Part shown: positions 1 through 10,205 of the stretch, piece by piece
How positions within the stretch are numbered: position 1 is the stretch's first letter
How the letters are laid out: each line of letters begins with the position of its first letter
IMG/VR virus record: IMGVR_UViG_3300028886_000059
Span: 1 to 64,000 of that record
DNA length: 64,000 bases
Strand: one strand, 5' to 3'
Source: a virus
Lineage: Duplodnaviria > Caudoviricetes
Translations under genes and position numbers: made by a program
Notes under the pieces: generated by a model
Seen by the model: the letters and a program-made list of their open reading frames with translations, nothing else
Told to the model about the DNA's origin: nothing
Databases searched by the model: none

Positions 1-47
1 TTTATCTTTCTTTTCTGTTTTCTAATTTTCTTTTTTGTTCCGAAGAG

Positions 48-74
48 GGGCAGGGCTGTTGGAACAGCCCGCCC
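48..74 (-). other. GC-rich hairpin/cruciform downstream of DGR VR1 (target recognition element)
   Basis: gggc(a)gggctgt-tgga-acagcccgccc inverted repeat just after the stop codon; homologous hairpin follows VR2. Confidence 0.8.
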
Positions 75-87
75 TTAATGTAAAATG

Positions 88-3000
88 TTAAATGTCATAA
101 ATAAATGCGGCCACAGGGCGAACAACGACACTGTAAAACTTGCTGCCGTTGTTGACGTCACCAGTATTGAAATGCACGAACCAAGCATTGTTGCTGCCGT
201 TCTCAGCAACAGACCAGTAGATGCTGTTAGTAGGAATGTTAAAAGGTGTTGTAGTCACGCCCGCGTCATAAACCCTTTTCAGGATATTGGCGAATAACGG
301 GAGCAGAGCCTCGCTGTTCGGATTCTCGTTGGCGTTTTCCTTAACACATCTTCCACCTGCCTCATACGTCTGCTGGCCGCAACTCTGATAGAAGAAGTTG
401 TAGATTCGCGCCAGCAGTCCAGCAGTAGGCAACAGCCATTTGTTACGTTCGTACTGCGTGTTAAGCGTTCCTTCGACGGTTGGCCTATACACATGACAGG
501 CGAATGCGGCTGGGTAGTACATCTGCCTGTATCTTGCAGGTGACGAAACACCCTGTGCCGTCATTGCCGCAACAAGAGCCTGCATAGCATCCGCAAGTTC
601 CGTCGGAGTAGTCGGGTATGACTCGCCGATGTAGCCGTTGATGATGGCCTTTGCATGGTTGATGACGATGTTGTTCTTATTCTCGATGTCGAAGTCACCA
701 ACAGCAACACCGCTGCCGAACACCTTGAAGCCGTCATCAGTACCAGCATCCAAATAGTCGTTTCCGCTGCTGTTGATGTAGGCGTTTGTCATACCATTAC
801 CGCCGATGTTCGCCATCGCCGTATCAACTGCGTTTGAAAGACCTGCGGCTGTGGCAATCTCGTTATACACCGATGACGGGAATCCGTTTGTACCGCCAGC
901 ATCAGGATAGATACCCCAAACATGCGAACCAGTGTTATACGTTCCATCGGTGCTTTGGCATACCGCATTCTCTTTGGCATACACCCAATACTTACGCTGT
1001 GAAGCCGAAATTGTGTCAACCTTCACGATAGTACCGACCAGTTCCTTTGACGGGTCGAACTCATCATCAAACGCGCCGTCGGCATAGGCGAAGTCGCCAA
1101 TCTTCGGCAGTCGCTTATGGAATCCTACCTTCTTGTCATAGGTCATCACAGTGCCGTCAATCAGCGTTACCGTCATACGCAGGGTGAATGTACGGTATTC
1201 GTTGTTAGGATAAGTGTTGGTTACGTTCACCGTTCCCCTTACGGCATCCGTGATAGTCGCATAGGATGCTGCACCAGCCTCGACGAAAGCAAAGGTAATG
1301 GCCTCATGGCCGCTTACGACGGCGACGTTATTACCAACGTCATTAGTCGATGCTGCGCTCCAGTCGTTATGCGTTCCAAGCGTATAGAGGTACTTCTCGC
1401 CCCTAATCATCACGCCGTTCACGTCACGCTTCTGATAGTCGATATACAGCCTGTCATTCGGTATGGTATTCCCGCTCGGCACGGTCTGAATGTCGCCGAA
1501 CTTCCTGATAAGCTGGATGACCTCGGAGAATGAAAGCCATCTGTCATTGGCCGCACGCAGCATGACAACTTTTCCGTACATGTTGCACGTCGTAGCACCT
1601 GCCAGCCACATCAGCACGTCGGCCTTGGTGTCAGTCCAGTTGACGTGTCTGAGGTAAAGGAGTGTCAGCTTGGTCGGATTCGCGCCGCCAGCGGAACGCT
1701 CATCGAAGATGTCTCTGAGCATCTGTTGCACGTTCAGGCTTGGGCTGTTCGTGATGGTCAGAGAATCCAGCAGTGCGCCGCTCTCGATGGAAAGCGTAGT
1801 AAGGCTGGGCTGGCTTGTCAGCGACAAAGCCGTGATAGCGGATGGCAGTCTGAGGATGGTCAGTGAAGCCGTCTGAGGAACATTCACAGCACCGATGCTC
1901 GTCTGTCTGAGGTCTATCTCCTGACACAGCGTCAGCGCGTTAAGGTTCAGCGGTGCGCGGTCTGTAGCCGAAAGCGTCGTGCATCCCTTCAATGACAGCT
2001 TTCTGAGTCGCGTACCCGTTGCGATACGGAATGAAGCGGGTCTGAAAGCTGGCTCATAGCCATCCGTCGGCACGCTGACAGGCACGGCAGAAGGATTATT
2101 CTCCAGTGTCGCAGGTGTCGGGTAGTACGTCGTAGGCTCTGCGATAAGTTCCGTCAGGCGACGGCCATCAAGGTTGAATGCGATGTTCGGGTCGCATGAC
2201 ATATCGCCGATATTACCCACTGAGCGGTAGTAGTTCAAGCCGAACAGCGAAACGCCGTTATCGGAAATCACCACCGACGGCACGGTGTACTCCAGTACCT
2301 CGTTCGGTGCGACGCGGGTATATGTCGGCTTGGAGTCCGTTTGGAATCCGAAGCAGGGATAGAGATACTGGTGCGGCTTCACATGGAATGTGTACGTCGG
2401 CGTTGTCACACCGTCAGGCAGTGCCTTGGCGTTGAATGCCATAGAAGCACCTGCATCCGCAAGTCCAGTCAATCCGTTACGGGCATGTGACTGTGCAGGA
2501 AGGAACTCACCGAAAACGGCGTATGAAGCCATATAGACAAGTCGGCGGTTCATAAACTGCAACTCCGATTCCAGCTGGTCGCCCATTGACTGCGTAAGCG
2601 GGTCGATGGTGTCACGGCCTAAGAATCCCAGCATGGCGGGGAACTCGTAGCGGATTCGCGCTGCCTCGTTGAATGCAACCTGCGGGAAATAACGCTGGAT
2701 GTCGAAGATGTAGCGGTTCAGGGCTTTCCACACGCCGCTCATCGTGTCTGACTCTGCCGAGCCGATACCGCCAGTAAGCGCAGCCATCAGTGACAGGATG
2801 CTGTTCAAAGCCTGTGAAAGTTCATGCGTACCTTCCCACATTTCCTCGCAGAGATTGAACAACGTGTTCTGCCTACCTTCATAGCAGCAATCGGTATGGC
2901 CAGTGTCTTTGTCATCCCACGGGTGCATACGGTCAACGTAGTACGGCTTGGACTGGAAGCCGTTGTTGTCGGTTGCCAGCGTCGTGTCAACGTCATCCTG

Positions 3001-6000
3001 ATGCAGTTCAATAAGCCTCGTCACGGGGTCGATGACATAGTATGTGTTCTTTGAACAGTTGTCAGTACCTGCTATGAAATGGTTTTGGAAACAATAGTGG
3101 AATTTCAGCGATGACACCTTGAAATACGTGCCGATGTTCTGCCTTGCATCCTCTACAACGCATTCGATGAACTTCTGATTCACGGCTTCATGGTTGGCTT
3201 TCTGCGCGTCTGTCATTGAACCCCAGTTCATGCCTGTGTAATCGCGGATGTCAACAGTATCGTAGGCGTAGCCGTTCCAAAGGCCAGCATCCACCCATGC
3301 CCTGTCATAGAAATCCCAGCGTTTCAGCTTATAGTCGTTGGAGTCCGTGCCAGCATTGGAGCGACACCACCACTTCTCTTTCTTCTGAAAGTCGGTAAGA
3401 TTCTCCTGCTGAAGCTGTGCAAACGTACCACGGTACAGATTGATTCGCGGGCTGTGCAAGTACAGGAAATTCCAAGCGGCCTTGTATATGTTCGTCAGTC
3501 TTGACTTCGGGTATTCCAGTACCTCTCCGCCTGACTCTACCTCGTCCACTGCGCCGCCGTCGAAGCCGACGCACTTCTCGGCAGAAACCTGAACCGTCTG
3601 CCCTGTCACCTGACCCGTCTGCTCGTCAACGACATCGACAACGGAAGTCTTACGGTACATCCACGCCTCAGATGCAGGGTCATAGAAAACTTTCGCCTCC
3701 TGATTGCTATGCGCGACATCATCCCACGGTGCAACCATATCACCGAGAATGGTGTTGTTGTTAGCACCTTCTGCCATAGCGAAATAGTCGTGACCGTCGG
3801 GGCGGTAGTGTGCATCTCCCTCTGTCGTAATCTTGGAAGCCTTCTTGCTGTAGCCCCATGTCGGTTTATCCATCTTTCCAGGGCCGAATGCGCCTGGGCC
3901 ACGATAGACAGCGGAAGCAGGGTCTTCGTCATCCCTGCCAGCAGTGAAGAACATGACGGGCTCGGTATGCTTTGCGACCAATGCCGTAGGCGTGTCGCGC
4001 TGCAAAGAGTTCTGACCGCAGAAGCGTGTATGCAGTTCGTGATAAAGCCAGTTGATGCCTATCAGATGCGACTGCATGGAAGATGCGTAGTTGATTTTCA
4101 GCACAAGTTTCTGTGCAAGCGGCTGATTGGGAGAAATCATATAGCCACGTCCACGGTACTTCCCGTTTCCGTCAACCCATCCGTCGGGTACTGTCACATA
4201 GCCATCGGCATACGGATAATCCTTCGTTCCGTTTCCTACGGGGAAGTCAGAGCCGAGGTTGCCGCCATAGATGCTGACCACCATATTGCCCTCACCGTCA
4301 TCATGCGGCTGACCGACATGAATTGACGAGTGGAAGTCAGCAACGGCCACTTGGATGGTATCTTCAACGTCGCCTATCTTGAATTGCAGGTTACTGTAAT
4401 AATAGGTGTTGGCCGTCGTACCCTGTCTCTTGGGTTTCAGCGACTTCGTTTCCTTGCAGATAGTTCCCGAACATTCAGGCTGATATGTGCCATCGTAGCC
4501 GAAGCACTTCATCTCAATCCATCCCTTAGAGCCGCTGGTCTCCTTGATGTAAGGCTCTACGCCATGCCATACCATTGTCCGCAAGCCGTTTGCCTGACAA
4601 GCCTCCAGTGATACAAGGCCGTTTGTCTTTGTGATGGCATTGGCATTCTTCACGCGGATTTTCTCCTCGCTGGTCGGAAGCGTCGAGATGTAGTTCTGAA
4701 CAGCGGCCTTGGGGTCGATGGCCTGTGCCGTGTTATCCCAAATGCGGATTCCATAGATGTCTATATCCGCACCTGACTGGCCAATCTTGATGCCGCCGTT
4801 CGACATGGCAGCGGTACAGAACTCACGCGCACCTGACTCCGTGCTGAATCGCAGTTCACGGCAAATGACACCATTGATTAGCACACGCACAAGGTTCAAT
4901 GTCCCCCTTGCACGGCTTTGGTCGGCTGCAATAGCCAAACCGTCACCGTAGGTATTCGGAGCCACGTTAGGCACGATATTGATGCTGATATGTGTACGCC
5001 TGTCCTCACTCCAGCGGAAATCCGTTTCCGTCTCAACACCTTCTGAAAGGGCTGATGCCATAGTGCCTACCATCGGGCGCATACGAAGTCCGAGGAACGT
5101 GCCACGGCCTGCGTCAAGCACCTCGCAAAGCTGGATGATTGGGTCATCCTCGTTTACGACGTTACGGACACAGAAATCAATGTCAATGGTCATCGTGGAG
5201 TCGGGTGACGATATGAACTGCGCAAACGGGTTGTACTGGATATTCAGCAGACAGCCAGCAGGGATGCGTAGCACCTTGTTACCGTCATCATCGACAGTCC
5301 ATCCGTCCGTTCCGTCCATCTTGAATCCGCTGCTCCATGTACTTGCCACCACTGCGTTGTTGTTGCGGGCGTTAAGGATGCGCTTCGGGTTTGCCTCAGA
5401 GTTATTGCGGGTCTTGGGGTTCAGCAGGAAAACGGAGCCTGCCGTCGGCTGGAATCCTCCAGTATTATCCACCTTGACATACATATAGCCTGTGCCGTAG
5501 CTGTCGGCCAAGAAGTCAACGAGCGTTCCGTTGTCGTTTCGCACGGCATGTAAGAACGTGTCGAAGTCATCAGCGACGGCCTCTCCAGCGTTCTGCTCGA
5601 TTTCAAGCGTGGCGTTCAAGTCGTACTGCTGTCCTGCCTGTGCCGTGACCTCCTGATTGAAGTATTCCGTCTGTGTCGTTGTCAGGATGTTGTCGCTACG
5701 GTCTGTCATCAGCAATGAGAACGTCACGGGGTCGCCTTGGTTGGTATATACGCCATCAACAAGTTTAGGCGAATAGACGGCGTATTGACATACGCGGCCT
5801 GACACGAAGTTATCAATGGAAGTGGCAATACTCTGAATCAGCAGTCTCGGCTGCATCAAGGTTGACGGCTGGTTTGTGTTCACCATCATCAGCTGGTGCT
5901 CGATGACATCCGATGTGATAGTACCGCCGTTTCCGTCTGCCGCCGTGAGCCATGCCCTGACGGTATGAACACCAGTACGGAGGATGCCCTTCGTTCCTGC

Positions 6001-6840
6001 GCCGTCCTGACACTGCACGGTCATTGAGCCCTGCTGCGATGCCGTGTATTCAATGGTATCGTCATGGCCGCTGTAGCCGTCCACGCCCGACACTTGCAGA
6101 TGCAGGGTCTTTGCCACGTTACCCTCAATCATAAAGTTCAAGGGGAGCGATGTAAGCTGGCTGGCCTGTACTGGCTGCGCCCAATTCGTCTGCAATGTCA
6201 CGGACAAAGATACGGAAGCGATTTTCAGGATGACGTTACCGCTGGCCATAGTCGCATCGTCGCCGTTGGAGTCGGTATATCCGAACGTAGCCCTCAAGCG
6301 GATTTGGTTCTGACGGCCTGTAAGAAGGTACTGGCCGACGTTCACGGTTGTAGGATAGTCAACGGCTGACGGGTCGGAACTCGGTATAGGCTGTGATGCT
6401 ACCCTCGTCCAGTTCGCGCCGTCTGTGCTTCTTTCGATAATCAGCGTGCCGTTTCCGCTCATGCCCTCCTGTTCTGATGTCGCGGCGATGATGTGCAAGG
6501 CCGAGAATCTGAGGCTGGCATTGAACGGGTCGCCGTCCTTTACCGCATAGTTCCTTGATGTGTCACGGTCACAGTACAGACGTGCAACATAGGAGTCTGT
6601 CTGTGACGTAGAGATTGGTAGCTGCTGCTCGTCGAGCAACAGTTCCGCGTTTCCTACAGGGTCGCTGATGTAAGCGGCCTTGTCTGATGGCGACGCAAAA
6701 AGCTGGATGCTGTAGAAAGAGCCATCCTGCACCCATCGCACCGCGCCAGCCCTTTGGCCGAACACCTTCTTTATGAAAGCCTCGACCTCAGTGCCTTCGT
6801 GGTCATCCCACGCCTCTTGCAAATTGATAATGTCTGCCAT
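88..6840 (-). CDS. Giant virion/tail-associated protein with C-terminal C-type-lectin-like DGR variable domain
   Basis: 2250 aa; LRR-like stretch; ends YWSVAENGSNNAWFVHFNTGDVNNGSKFYSVVVRPVAAF, typical of CLec DGR targets. Confidence 0.85.
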   Translation of the reverse strand: MADIINLQEAWDDHEGTEVEAFIKKVFGQRAGAVRWVQDGSFYSIQLFASPSDKAAYISDPVGNAELLLDEQQLPISTSQTDSYVARLYCDRDTSRNYAVKDGDPFNASLRFSALHIIAATSEQEGMSGNGTLIIERSTDGANWTRVASQPIPSSDPSAVDYPTTVNVGQYLLTGRQNQIRLRATFGYTDSNGDDATMASGNVILKIASVSLSVTLQTNWAQPVQASQLTSLPLNFMIEGNVAKTLHLQVSGVDGYSGHDDTIEYTASQQGSMTVQCQDGAGTKGILRTGVHTVRAWLTAADGNGGTITSDVIEHQLMMVNTNQPSTLMQPRLLIQSIATSIDNFVSGRVCQYAVYSPKLVDGVYTNQGDPVTFSLLMTDRSDNILTTTQTEYFNQEVTAQAGQQYDLNATLEIEQNAGEAVADDFDTFLHAVRNDNGTLVDFLADSYGTGYMYVKVDNTGGFQPTAGSVFLLNPKTRNNSEANPKRILNARNNNAVVASTWSSGFKMDGTDGWTVDDDGNKVLRIPAGCLLNIQYNPFAQFISSPDSTMTIDIDFCVRNVVNEDDPIIQLCEVLDAGRGTFLGLRMRPMVGTMASALSEGVETETDFRWSEDRRTHISINIVPNVAPNTYGDGLAIAADQSRARGTLNLVRVLINGVICRELRFSTESGAREFCTAAMSNGGIKIGQSGADIDIYGIRIWDNTAQAIDPKAAVQNYISTLPTSEEKIRVKNANAITKTNGLVSLEACQANGLRTMVWHGVEPYIKETSGSKGWIEMKCFGYDGTYQPECSGTICKETKSLKPKRQGTTANTYYYSNLQFKIGDVEDTIQVAVADFHSSIHVGQPHDDGEGNMVVSIYGGNLGSDFPVGNGTKDYPYADGYVTVPDGWVDGNGKYRGRGYMISPNQPLAQKLVLKINYASSMQSHLIGINWLYHELHTRFCGQNSLQRDTPTALVAKHTEPVMFFTAGRDDEDPASAVYRGPGAFGPGKMDKPTWGYSKKASKITTEGDAHYRPDGHDYFAMAEGANNNTILGDMVAPWDDVAHSNQEAKVFYDPASEAWMYRKTSVVDVVDEQTGQVTGQTVQVSAEKCVGFDGGAVDEVESGGEVLEYPKSRLTNIYKAAWNFLYLHSPRINLYRGTFAQLQQENLTDFQKKEKWWCRSNAGTDSNDYKLKRWDFYDRAWVDAGLWNGYAYDTVDIRDYTGMNWGSMTDAQKANHEAVNQKFIECVVEDARQNIGTYFKVSSLKFHYCFQNHFIAGTDNCSKNTYYVIDPVTRLIELHQDDVDTTLATDNNGFQSKPYYVDRMHPWDDKDTGHTDCCYEGRQNTLFNLCEEMWEGTHELSQALNSILSLMAALTGGIGSAESDTMSGVWKALNRYIFDIQRYFPQVAFNEAARIRYEFPAMLGFLGRDTIDPLTQSMGDQLESELQFMNRRLVYMASYAVFGEFLPAQSHARNGLTGLADAGASMAFNAKALPDGVTTPTYTFHVKPHQYLYPCFGFQTDSKPTYTRVAPNEVLEYTVPSVVISDNGVSLFGLNYYRSVGNIGDMSCDPNIAFNLDGRRLTELIAEPTTYYPTPATLENNPSAVPVSVPTDGYEPAFRPASFRIATGTRLRKLSLKGCTTLSATDRAPLNLNALTLCQEIDLRQTSIGAVNVPQTASLTILRLPSAITALSLTSQPSLTTLSIESGALLDSLTITNSPSLNVQQMLRDIFDERSAGGANPTKLTLLYLRHVNWTDTKADVLMWLAGATTCNMYGKVVMLRAANDRWLSFSEVIQLIRKFGDIQTVPSGNTIPNDRLYIDYQKRDVNGVMIRGEKYLYTLGTHNDWSAASTNDVGNNVAVVSGHEAITFAFVEAGAASYATITDAVRGTVNVTNTYPNNEYRTFTLRMTVTLIDGTVMTYDKKVGFHKRLPKIGDFAYADGAFDDEFDPSKELVGTIVKVDTISASQRKYWVYAKENAVCQSTDGTYNTGSHVWGIYPDAGGTNGFPSSVYNEIATAAGLSNAVDTAMANIGGNGMTNAYINSSGNDYLDAGTDDGFKVFGSGVAVGDFDIENKNNIVINHAKAIINGYIGESYPTTPTELADAMQALVAAMTAQGVSSPARYRQMYYPAAFACHVYRPTVEGTLNTQYERNKWLLPTAGLLARIYNFFYQSCGQQTYEAGGRCVKENANENPNSEALLPLFANILKRVYDAGVTTTPFNIPTNSIYWSVAENGSNNAWFVHFNTGDVNNGSKFYSVVVRPVAAFIYDI
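103..220 (-). repeat. DGR variable repeat VR1
   Basis: 118-bp near-copy of 46181-46300; differences at codon positions 1-2 of NNC/NNT codons. Confidence 0.9.
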
Positions 6841-6845
6841 AATAG

Positions 6846-7052
6846 CTAATCTTTAAAAATAATAACATAAATAAGTTTTCCCTTAGATTCACTGAACACG
6901 ATGCTGATGACGTTGTGCGCCTCACAGAAAGCGTCCAAGGTGTCGTTTCCGTCATGTTCAATATCATCCAACTTGAAAACGAAGGTATGCTGACGCAAAC
7001 CTCCGCCCATAGACCGCTTGACGGCCTGACTAATTCTTTTCGGTACGTCCAT
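6846..7052 (-). CDS. hypothetical protein
   Basis: 68-aa ORF in operon with the DGR target. Confidence 0.65.
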   Translation of the reverse strand: MDVPKRISQAVKRSMGGGLRQHTFVFKLDDIEHDGNDTLDAFCEAHNVISIVFSESKGKLIYVIIFKD

Positions 7053-7075
7053 AGTAAAATCTGTATTTGGTTATA

Positions 7076-7198
7076 TTACTTGTGATTCTTCCATTTATCA
7101 CTTCCAATCCAAGGTTTTGACGAAATCCATACCCCACTGCCAAAGCACGAACGGACGGCTTTAGCAACCATCATAATCATCCTTCTGAACGTGCTCAT
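7076..7198 (-). CDS. small Trp-rich protein (MSTFRRMIMMVAKAVRSCFGSGVWISSKPWIGSDKWKNHK)
   Basis: 40-aa ORF read by hand; start overlaps the upstream stop. Confidence 0.55.
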   Translation of the reverse strand: MSTFRRMIMMVAKAVRSCFGSGVWISSKPWIGSDKWKNHK

Positions 7199-7671
7199 GA
7201 TTGTGCCTCCCAGTCTGCATAGACAGCTAAGTTATTCAAAATAGATACCTGATAGGTGTGGCCGTGTTTCCATTCGGGGTTTTCCACCCACCTTATGCCC
7301 TGCGGCAATGTCAGCGTGAACTCGCTGCCCGACACCGTGAACTCCAGCATGTACTCGTTGACCACGCCAGCCGTACCAGCCGTAAAAGCAAGCGAAAGGA
7401 ATGTCACGCTTCCCCAAACATTCAGCTTGTTTGGAGCGATTGTGGCATTCATGTTTGACTGCTGAACAACGGAAATCTTTGTTTCTTCACGTAAGTTTGT
7501 TATTGACTGGCTCATGCTGCCTACAGACTGATTCGTTTCCGTAAGCTGCCGTGAAAGCGCACTTAACTCATCGGCATTGTTATTCACAACCTGCTTGACT
7601 TCATTCGCATTTGCCGACGTATAAAGGTCTCCTCTGACCTTGTTAGCGTATTCGATTTTCTGTACCGCCAT
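7195..7671 (-). CDS. putative tail-associated protein
   Basis: 158 aa; N-terminal coiled coil and C-terminal beta domain (LTLPQGIRW..TYQVSI); late-type promoter upstream. Confidence 0.65.
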   Translation of the reverse strand: MAVQKIEYANKVRGDLYTSANANEVKQVVNNNADELSALSRQLTETNQSVGSMSQSITNLREETKISVVQQSNMNATIAPNKLNVWGSVTFLSLAFTAGTAGVVNEYMLEFTVSGSEFTLTLPQGIRWVENPEWKHGHTYQVSILNNLAVYADWEAQS

Positions 7672-7694
7672 AATATTGGAAATTAAAATTTCGT

Positions 7695-7766
7695 CAAAAG
7701 TAGCGTTAATACTTTGAACCGAGAAAAAACGCCTTACTTATTCCTTCACCCTTTAATTAAAGTGAA
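7695..7766 (-). promoter_or_regulatory. late-class promoter: -7 TACTTTTG plus TTCAC-N12-GTGAA site
   Basis: caaaagta at 7695, ttcacc at 7745 (50-nt offset, as in 4 other copies). Confidence 0.8.
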
Positions 7767-7790
7767 GAAATACTTTTTTATGCCTTTTAT

Positions 7791-7821
7791 TTTGTCAATT
7801 CACAGAAATTTTGTACCTTTG
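7791..7821 (+). promoter_or_regulatory. Bacteroidetes sigma-A promoter (TTTG...TACCTTTG) for the plus-strand gene
   Basis: tttg at 7791 and tacctttg at 7814. Confidence 0.7.
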
Positions 7822-7853
7822 CAGAAAGAGGTTAATATTAAAAGTACCGCACA

Positions 7854-8375
7854 ATGAAAAAGGTTTTATTTCTGCTGCTATCAGCATTTGTCTCTGTTGC
7901 CAGCACCGCACAGGACTACACATCATTCATGGGTATAAAGATGAATGCGCCGACACAGGTATTCGGGAAAGCCCTTATAGAAAAAGGGATGTCGATTCAG
8001 AAACAAAGTGTCTCAGACGGCGATTTCGTACATGTCTATGTCGGGGATTTCGACGGTAGCAAGAACTGCACCGTCATCATCAGCGAAAACGCCGAGAAAG
8101 CATCAGTGAACAATATCGGTGTCTCACTGTTTTCTGAATCGAATGATACCACTGGAGTAAAACGGAACTTTCTGAACGAATACAAGAAGCTGGAGGAGAA
8201 ATACGGCAAGCCGTTGTTGGCAGACGAAGATAAGACCATCACGCCAAGATTCACGTTTCAAAACTTTCTTGTATGGTTCAACGAATACAGGACGCTGTTA
8301 AGCATAGAAGACTTAGGCAACGGAAAAGCTGGATATTTCGTCACAACCACATACTATCCCAAGCCAGTGAAGTGA
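7854..8375 (+). CDS. secreted protein (moron-like)
   Basis: Signal peptide MKKVLFLLLSAFVSVASTAQ; own promoter; the only convincing plus-strand gene. Confidence 0.85.
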   Translation: MKKVLFLLLSAFVSVASTAQDYTSFMGIKMNAPTQVFGKALIEKGMSIQKQSVSDGDFVHVYVGDFDGSKNCTVIISENAEKASVNNIGVSLFSESNDTTGVKRNFLNEYKKLEEKYGKPLLADEDKTITPRFTFQNFLVWFNEYRTLLSIEDLGNGKAGYFVTTTYYPKPVK

Positions 8376-8392
8376 AAACAGGCATCTAAATG

Positions 8393-8485
8393 AAAAAGGC
8401 GCATACCGTTTCACAACGACACACGCCCAAAACCATTTAGAATACTCCCTTTCGGGAGCACCGAATAGCCAAGCGGCTATCCGAC
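8393..8485 (-). ncRNA. candidate sRNA: two hairpins, single-stranded UUCUAAAUGGUUUUG, terminator
   Basis: -7 box TACCTTTG at 8488-8495; hairpins cggauagcc/ggcuauucg and ugcuccc-GAAA-gggagua; terminator 8398-8427 plus U5. Confidence 0.6.
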
Positions 8486-8587
8486 TGCAAAGGTACGACA
8501 TTTTTCCAATATTCCGCACCTTTATGGGTAAAAAATGCTGTTTCTGCTTTATTCTTGCTGATTTACTGGCAGTAAATCCCTGATGTG

Positions 8588-8818
8588 CTAATCGTCTTTC
8601 AACATTTCATGCTCTAACTTGACACCTTCATAGGTACAGATAGTTTCGATGTCATACGTGATTCCGCGACATGCCTCCCTGCTTTCAGCCACCAGCAGAA
8701 TCTCGTCATCAAACTGCGACTGAACGAACACCTTTCTGTCGCCCCTAAACCTTTTCTTGACATACTCCTCAACCTTTCCGCATATCTCGGCTGGGATTGT
8801 GTACTTGTATGCTACCAT
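8588..8818 (-). CDS. hypothetical protein
   Basis: ORF; start MVAYK chosen by hand. Confidence 0.6.
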   Translation of the reverse strand: MVAYKYTIPAEICGKVEEYVKKRFRGDRKVFVQSQFDDEILLVAESREACRGITYDIETICTYEGVKLEHEMLKDD

Positions 8819-8822
8819 AGAA

Positions 8823-9011
8823 TCAATAGGTATTTCGTGTGCTGCTGATGACCACACAATTTGATGACTGAGGGATAACTTGCAGCGTCTTGATGTGCTG
8901 CCCTATTTCCGTCACGCGGAGATTACCTGCGCCTGTGTCTGTAACCTGTATGCAGATGCCATTGTCACCTGTAATCGTCACACTTTCGACCTTTTCACCG
9001 TTTACTATCAT
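8823..9011 (-). CDS. hypothetical protein
   Basis: 62-aa ORF, tight packing. Confidence 0.55.
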   Translation of the reverse strand: MIVNGEKVESVTITGDNGICIQVTDTGAGNLRVTEIGQHIKTLQVIPQSSNCVVISSTRNTY

Positions 9012-9026
9012 AGCCTGTTAAATCAG

Positions 9027-9854
9027 TTATACAAACCAAACGTTACTTTCTTGCATAGGGTTATAAGATAATTGCTTCAAGTCTTTTTTAGTGACGAATG
9101 CGTTCCACGCTTTCATTATCATTACTTGCTTGTAAAGACCTGTCATTTTTGCAGATTTTGAGCCGATTCTGTCACGGGTTAATTTGTCAAAAAGCAACTT
9201 TGTTGCGTTCATTGTCGGCCTTTCAATACCAAACATCTGCATAAAGAAATCTTTAACGGTTTCTTCGGGATGGTGCAGGTCTATTGTAAGATATTGATAA
9301 TAGGCCATAATGATTCCTTGTGACAACAGTCTTTGAAAACGATAACACTTTGAAGCAAAATGATACAACTCCTGCCATCTATCTTCATCTTCCAAATATA
9401 TCTCGTAGGTTTCGCTCGTACTTAATTGCAAATTAGAAGGATTAGGATTATCAACGATTATCTGATTGTCAAGCAAATAAAAATACCTTCTAATAGCAGT
9501 AAAAACGTGGTTTCCGTTTGGCACTTCTTGCATCCCAAATATATCAGCACCAGTTCTAACAGCCCCAGTATCTATATTCAACATGGCATCATCATCAAGG
9601 CCACGAATCACAGTAAATTCTACTGGATTTCCATATTTTATCAACGCTTTTAGTCTGTGCTGACCATCTACCAATCTGCCGTGCCTATCAAATTTAATAC
9701 CTTCGCCTGTGGTAGTCCATTTCCCGCGTTCCATAAGCCTCAGATACTTGTTTATCGTCCGCTCCTTTGGCTTTCTGTTATTCACCATACAAGATAAATA
9801 CTCTTGTGCTTTTTGAGGCGTAATGACCTCCTGCTTAAAAGTTAAGTTTGCCAT
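9027..9854 (-). CDS. ParB/Srx-like N-terminal domain protein
   Basis: ITPQKAQEYL...NNR...LVDGQHRLKAL motif; AT-rich gene. Confidence 0.75.
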   Translation of the reverse strand: MANLTFKQEVITPQKAQEYLSCMVNNRKPKERTINKYLRLMERGKWTTTGEGIKFDRHGRLVDGQHRLKALIKYGNPVEFTVIRGLDDDAMLNIDTGAVRTGADIFGMQEVPNGNHVFTAIRRYFYLLDNQIIVDNPNPSNLQLSTSETYEIYLEDEDRWQELYHFASKCYRFQRLLSQGIIMAYYQYLTIDLHHPEETVKDFFMQMFGIERPTMNATKLLFDKLTRDRIGSKSAKMTGLYKQVMIMKAWNAFVTKKDLKQLSYNPMQESNVWFV

Positions 9855-9884
9855 AATTATTTCATTTTAATAAAATTACCGTCT

Positions 9885-10172
9885 TTATAGCCTGTAACCG
9901 TTCCGTTTCCTGTATTTCACAATCTCACTACGGGCTTTATCTTCTGTCAGGCATAGCTTCTTTATCTCGCTATCCAGTTCATGCCGACATTTGAGGTATT
10001 TGTCGTATTCTTCATCTATTTGGTCATTATCCATGCCATGATGCTTTCTGAGATACATTTCAAATACCGTCATATCAAAAAGGCCGTTCTTTCTGTTCAG
10101 CTGTATAAGGCCATAGACGATATACAGAACGACCACAACCGAAAAACAAATATAGAACACATCCATACCCAT
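9885..10172 (-). CDS. membrane-anchored hypothetical protein
   Basis: N-terminal hydrophobic helix. Confidence 0.6.
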   Translation of the reverse strand: MGMDVFYICFSVVVVLYIVYGLIQLNRKNGLFDMTVFEMYLRKHHGMDNDQIDEEYDKYLKCRHELDSEIKKLCLTEDKARSEIVKYRKRNGYRL

Positions 10173-10205
10173 GCAATGTTTTTCTCGCGCTGTAGTGGCC
10201 TTTAT

